From NCBI GenBank assembly GCA_963782055.1, contig CAWAIF010000003.1:3552001-3616000 (forward strand): 64,000 nucleotides of DNA, read 5' to 3'. This document shows positions 59,892 through 64,000 of this stretch, piece after piece (positions within the stretch are counted from its first letter, which is position 1; each line of letters starts with the position of its first letter). Under the pieces are notes generated by a model. The model did no database searches, had not been told where the DNA came from, and saw only the letters and a program-made list of their open reading frames with translations. This stretch comes from an uncultured delta proteobacterium. GTDB lineage: Bacteria; Myxococcota_A; Polyangia; Polyangiales; Polyangiaceae. The translations under genes were made by a program, and so were the position numbers.

Positions 59892-61531
59892 GGGGCGGCA
59901 CCTTGCTTCGTCGCGCGGCCGCGCGCAAGCCGCCTTCGCACGCCGCCGGCGACCTCCCGTAGCTCCGGGGAGCGCAGCACCCACGCGGCGGCGAAGAAGA
60001 CGACCGCGAAGACGCCGCCGGCGGCCAGCCCGGGGAGGGCTCGCGCGGCCGCGCCCTGCCCCGCCGGGAGCATCCGCGCGACGGCCCAGCCGCACCCGCC
60101 CGCAGCCGCGGAGGCCGCCAGCGTTCGCGCCGAGGAGCCGAGCACCTCCCGGGCGCACAGCGTGCCCAGTCGCCGCCGCAGCGCGACGAAGAGCAGCGCC
60201 ATCTGCACGGTGCTGGAGCCGGCGACCGCCGCGGCGATCCCGGCGTGCCCCATGGGCTTGCGCAGGAGCAGGGCGAGCCCGATGAAGGCGCACAGGTCGA
60301 TGGCGCTCACGATCACCGGGGTGCGCGTGTCCCCCAGCGCGTAGAAGACGGGCACGAGCTGCCGCACGGCCGAGACGGTCCAGATGGCGCCGCCGAGCCA
60401 CACGAGCGCGCGCGCGGTCTGGTGCGCCGCCGCCGCGTCGAAGGCGCCGCGCTGGAAGAGGGTGACGACCACCGGCTCGCCGAGCACCACCAGCGCCACG
60501 CTGCAGGGCAGCGCCACGAACATGGAGAGGCGCATGGCGTGGGCGTAGGTGCGGGCCACCTCGTCGAGCGCGCCTTTCGCCGCGAGCGCCGACAGCGAGG
60601 GCAGCGCGGCGGTGGACAGGGCCATCACGAAGATGCCCTGCGGGAAGTCGCACAGGCGCATCGCCCAGGTGAAGTAGCTCTGCGCCCCGGTGCCCAGCTC
60701 GGAGAGGAAGCGGCGGGAGAGCACCAGGTCGACGTAATACACGCCGATCCCGAAGGTCATCGGCCCCAGTCGCCGGAGCACCTCCCGCACCCCCGGGTCG
60801 GAGAAGTCGACGATGGGCCGCGAGAAGAAGCCGATGCGCCGCAGCGCTGGCCACTGCGCCAGCACCTGGAGCGCGCCGCCGACGAGCGCGCCGATGCCCA
60901 TCGCCCAGGCGGGATCCATCCCGGCGCGGGCGAGCGCCGCCGGGAGCGCGAATGCGGCGACCAGGAAGGCGACGTTGAGCAGCCCGGGCGCGAAGGCGGC
61001 GACCGCGAAGCGCCGCTTGGCGTTGAGCGCCGCCATGCCCAGCGCGGCGGTGCCCATGAAGAAGATGTACGGGAAGCACAGCCGCGTGAGCGACACCGTG
61101 CGCTCGAACTCGGCGGGGCGCGCGTGATACCCGGCCGCGAACAGGTCGGTGAGCGGCCGCGCGAAGACCATCCCGAGGACGGTGACCACCGTCAGCGCCA
61201 CCAGCGACGCGCCGCGCACGCGCGCGAAGAAGGCCTGCGCCTTCTCGTCGCCGTCGGTCGCCAGCTTGCCCGAGAGCACGGGCACCACCGCGCTGGCGAC
61301 CGCGCCCTCGCCCAGGAGCTGCCGCAGGGCGTTGGGGATGGTGAAGGCGACGAAGAAGGCGTCGGTCTCGGCCCGCCCGAAGACCGCGGCGAGCGCCATG
61401 TCGCGCCCCAGCCCGAGCAGCCGCGAGACCAGGGTCCCGGCGCCCACCACTCCGGCCCGCGCGGCGAGCTTCCTGCGCTCGCCGGCGCCCTCGCCGGCCA
61501 CGTCGCTGGGGGGCGTCGGTTGACCCGTCAA
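59888..61531 (-). CDS. murJ: Lipid II flippase MurJ (MviN)
   Basis: SRLLGLGRD, DAFFVAFTIPN, LGEGA, PQGIF, LFQRGAF, FYALGDTRTPV. Confidence 0.93.
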   Translation of the reverse strand: MTGQPTPPSDVAGEGAGERRKLAARAGVVGAGTLVSRLLGLGRDMALAAVFGRAETDAFFVAFTIPNALRQLLGEGAVASAVVPVLSGKLATDGDEKAQAFFARVRGASLVALTVVTVLGMVFARPLTDLFAAGYHARPAEFERTVSLTRLCFPYIFFMGTAALGMAALNAKRRFAVAAFAPGLLNVAFLVAAFALPAALARAGMDPAWAMGIGALVGGALQVLAQWPALRRIGFFSRPIVDFSDPGVREVLRRLGPMTFGIGVYYVDLVLSRRFLSELGTGAQSYFTWAMRLCDFPQGIFVMALSTAALPSLSALAAKGALDEVARTYAHAMRLSMFVALPCSVALVVLGEPVVVTLFQRGAFDAAAAHQTARALVWLGGAIWTVSAVRQLVPVFYALGDTRTPVIVSAIDLCAFIGLALLLRKPMGHAGIAAAVAGSSTVQMALLFVALRRRLGTLCAREVLGSSARTLAASAAAGGCGWAVARMLPAGQGAAARALPGLAAGGVFAVVFFAAAWVLRSPELREVAGGVRRRLARGRATKQGAAP

Positions 61532-61534
61532 GCG

Positions 61535-61909
61535 TCACATCCTGGGGATCGGCTCGTGCTCGCCCGCCCCGAGCTCCGCCCGGCACGCCTCGCACTGACA
61601 GAGCGCGCGCAGGTACCTGAAGGAGTACAGGCCGCTGCCGTGCCCGTCGAACCACTGCAGGCGCAGCGCGTAGTTGCCGACCACCTCGATGTCGTCCAGC
61701 TCCAGGGCGATCCCCTCCGCGGGCACGAAGGAGATGGTGCCGGTGTGGCCCTGGCACCCCGCGCACGGGCAGTAGCCGCGCAGGATGACGTGTGGGTAGA
61801 CGCTCTTGTGGCCGTCGCCCCAGTCGATCTCGGTGACGGTCGCACCGCGGGGGGAGCGCACGGCCACGCAGCGGGTGCGGGCTCGGTCGTCGGTGCTGGG
61901 ATCGGTCAC
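61535..61909 (-). CDS. DUF971 / gamma-butyrobetaine hydroxylase-like N-terminal domain protein
   Basis: WGDGH, LRGYCPCAGCQGH, VGNYAL, DGHGSGLYSFRYL. Confidence 0.85.
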   Translation of the reverse strand: MTDPSTDDRARTRCVAVRSPRGATVTEIDWGDGHKSVYPHVILRGYCPCAGCQGHTGTISFVPAEGIALELDDIEVVGNYALRLQWFDGHGSGLYSFRYLRALCQCEACRAELGAGEHEPIPRM

Positions 61910-62865
61910 GGGGCTCCTCGGTGCACGATGCGGCGGGCCGCCTGGAGGCCGGTCAGCCCGCCGGCGGCGCCTACCCTGGAAACGGCCTTGGCGCCGAGGA
62001 TATGCCCCACCCGCAGCGCGTCGCCAAATACCTGCGGGTCCCGCCAGGCCGGCGTGCCCGGGCGGGCGTCGCGGCGGACCAGCACCGCGAGCAGGCCAGC
62101 GAGGAAGGCGTCCCCCGCGCCGGTCGCGTCCACGCACCGGGCCGGCCGCGCCGGGGCGCGCGTCTCGCCGTGCGCGCCGCGGGCGATCGCCTCCCCGGGG
62201 CCGTCGGTGATCACCCACGTGGCGTGCGGCGCGCGCGCGAGGAAGCGCCCGCCGCCCAGCGCGGCCAGGTCGGGCCGCGAGCCCTTGATCAGGTCGGCGT
62301 GGCGCGCGAGCCGGGCGATCGCCCGCCGCATCTGCGCGGGCTCCTTCCAGAGGTGCGCGCGCACGTTGAGGTCCACCACGATGCTCGCCCGCTGCGCGCG
62401 TGCCAGCCGCGCCAGCGCGTGCGTCGCCTTCGCGAGGCCCGGGTGCACCAGGGTGCTGGTGCCGAACAGCACCCAGCGCGCCCGCGCCATCGCCGGGCGC
62501 AGGTGGGACGCGCGCACGCTCATGTCCGCGGTCTGGTGGCGGTAAAAGAGGAAGCTCGGCTCCCCGCGCGCGTCGCGCCGCACGAAGGCCAAGCCGGTGC
62601 GCTCGGGGAGCTGGACCAGCAGCGACGAAGCCACGCCCTCGGCGCGCAGCCGCACCGCCAGCGCCTCGCCGAAGGCGTCGCGGCCGACGCCCCCGACCAC
62701 CGCCGAGCCCACGCCGAGCCGCGCCAGGCCCACCGCGACGTTGGCCGGCGCGCCCCCCAGCTCGCGCCGGAAGACCCGCGCGATGGGCTCGCCCGCCACG
62801 CGCGGGCCAGCCTCGAAGACGTCCCAGAGGATCTCGCCGAAGCAGATGACGTCGGGGCGGCTCAT
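61906..62865 (-). CDS. PfkB-family carbohydrate kinase
   Basis: GEILWD, GGAPANVA, VGRDAFG, DLNVR, VDATGAGDAF. Confidence 0.9.
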   Translation of the reverse strand: MSRPDVICFGEILWDVFEAGPRVAGEPIARVFRRELGGAPANVAVGLARLGVGSAVVGGVGRDAFGEALAVRLRAEGVASSLLVQLPERTGLAFVRRDARGEPSFLFYRHQTADMSVRASHLRPAMARARWVLFGTSTLVHPGLAKATHALARLARAQRASIVVDLNVRAHLWKEPAQMRRAIARLARHADLIKGSRPDLAALGGGRFLARAPHATWVITDGPGEAIARGAHGETRAPARPARCVDATGAGDAFLAGLLAVLVRRDARPGTPAWRDPQVFGDALRVGHILGAKAVSRVGAAGGLTGLQAARRIVHRGAP

Positions 62866-63566
62866 GCGCGGCCGGTGGAGGGGTCGAAGCCGGCGTGGGC
62901 GGCCATCGCCGCGTCCACGAGGGCGATCATCGCGTCGGCCTGCGACGAGGTGAGCTCCCCCCCCTCCCCGGCTTGCAGCCGCACCGCCATCGCGCGCAGC
63001 TCGGCCGAGACCACGCGTCCCGCGCCGCCGCATGCCCGACAGACCAGGCCCCCGCGCGCCGGATCGAAGGCCCCTGGTCGGTCCTGCGGGCAGGGCTTGC
63101 CGCAGCGCACGCAGCGCTCGAACTCCAGGGCGTAGCCCACGTCGGACAGGAGCCGCAGGCTCGCCGCCGCCAGCTCACGGCGTGGATCGGTCGATGGGTC
63201 GTCCAGGGCGTCCAGGAAGGCGACCAGCGTCGCGTACGCCGAGGGCTCCGGCGTCCGCGGCGGGCAGAGGTGGCGCACCCACCGCAGGGCGACGCCGGCG
63301 GCCTCCACCGCCTCCAGCCTCCCGAGGATGCCCGCCCGCACGCGCACAATCTCCGCCTCGCGCAGGGGCGAGACCTCCCCGCCCTGGTCGTCGTAGGCGA
63401 GGCGCACGGTGTGGAAGGGCTCCATCGCCCCGCCGACCCGCCTGGCGCCGCGCCGCGCGCCGCGCACCATGAGCGCGACCTTGCCCTCCGCCAGCGTGAG
63501 CGCGGTGGCCACCACGTCGCTCTCGCCGTACGGCACCGTGCGGACCATGAGCGCGTCCGTCTGCAC
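62862..63566 (-). CDS. recO: DNA repair protein RecO
   Basis: YGESD, GKV..VRGAR OB fold; CVRCG...GGLVCRAC zinc motif. Confidence 0.88.
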   Translation of the reverse strand: MQTDALMVRTVPYGESDVVATALTLAEGKVALMVRGARRGARRVGGAMEPFHTVRLAYDDQGGEVSPLREAEIVRVRAGILGRLEAVEAAGVALRWVRHLCPPRTPEPSAYATLVAFLDALDDPSTDPRRELAAASLRLLSDVGYALEFERCVRCGKPCPQDRPGAFDPARGGLVCRACGGAGRVVSAELRAMAVRLQAGEGGELTSSQADAMIALVDAAMAAHAGFDPSTGRA

Positions 63567-63586
63567 GCGCCGCGCGGCCTTGCGGG

Positions 63587-64000
63587 CTAGACGAGGCGCG
63601 GCGCGTCCCCGGCGTGCTGCATCGTCTGCTGCATGCTGAGCTCCGCCGGCATGTCGTGACCGCGCGGCTTGAGCACGATGCTGAGCGCCAGGGTGAAGAG
63701 GATCAGCAAGAGCACGAAGGCGATGGCGACGCCCACGCGCTTGCCGCTCTGCCGGACGGCGGTGACCGGCGAGGCGACCGGCAGCGGCGTGGCGATGACC
63801 ACGCGCCGGCTGGAGGTGTAGCGGGCCAGCGCCTCGGCCGGCGCCACGCCCACCGACTGCGCGTACGACTTGAGGAAGCCGCGGACGAACACCTCGCCCG
63901 GCAGATCGTCGAACTGGTCCGCCTCGATGGACGCGAGCGTCACCACCGGGATGCGCGTCACGCGCGAGACCTCGGCCAGGCTCATCTGCCGGTCCACGCG
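63587..64000 (-). CDS. RodZ-like HTH protein with TM anchor; 5' end outside window
   Basis: SLAEVSRVTRI...IE...LPGEVFVRGFLKSYA; C-terminal TM helix. Confidence 0.75.
   Translation of the reverse strand, partial: RVDRQMSLAEVSRVTRIPVVTLASIEADQFDDLPGEVFVRGFLKSYAQSVGVAPAEALARYTSSRRVVIATPLPVASPVTAVRQSGKRVGVAIAFVLLLILFTLALSIVLKPRGHDMPAELSMQQTMQHAGDAPRLV

Overview
Very GC-rich bacterial chromosomal window. The gene content (three Ser/Thr kinases, two sigma54 activators, many Cys-rich lipoproteins, a PEGA protein) suggests a myxobacterium, probably Polyangiaceae/Sorangiineae-like; this is inference. Most of the window is housekeeping or core: HelD-like ATPase, bamB-like, greA, bamD, dut, guaA, gpmA, ogt/alkA, S46 peptidase, a frameshifted panB, ygiQ, engB, murJ, recO, tRNA-Gly(CCC) and tRNA-Val(CAC). 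Four things stand out. (1) A B12-dependent radical SAM gene is followed by three ORFs sharing an N-terminal RxxT(L/I)xHMx(R/K)L motif. Two are lipoprotein-like and also share GYAVVDPMPxPxRCxGIA; the third is an unannotated 38-aa peptide. This is a candidate RiPP-like lipoprotein modification system. (2) A ~10.4 kb capsid-less, satellite-like element sits in tRNA-Gly, bounded by a 21-bp direct repeat. (3) That element's integrase gene is split by its att site, so excision would swap a 39-aa C-terminus for an 84-aa one encoded at the far end. (4) An unassigned, highly structured ~245-nt ncRNA candidate with its own -10 box and terminator lies just upstream of tRNA-Gly. All calls were made by eye from the sequence and ORF track; no database searches or folding programs were run.
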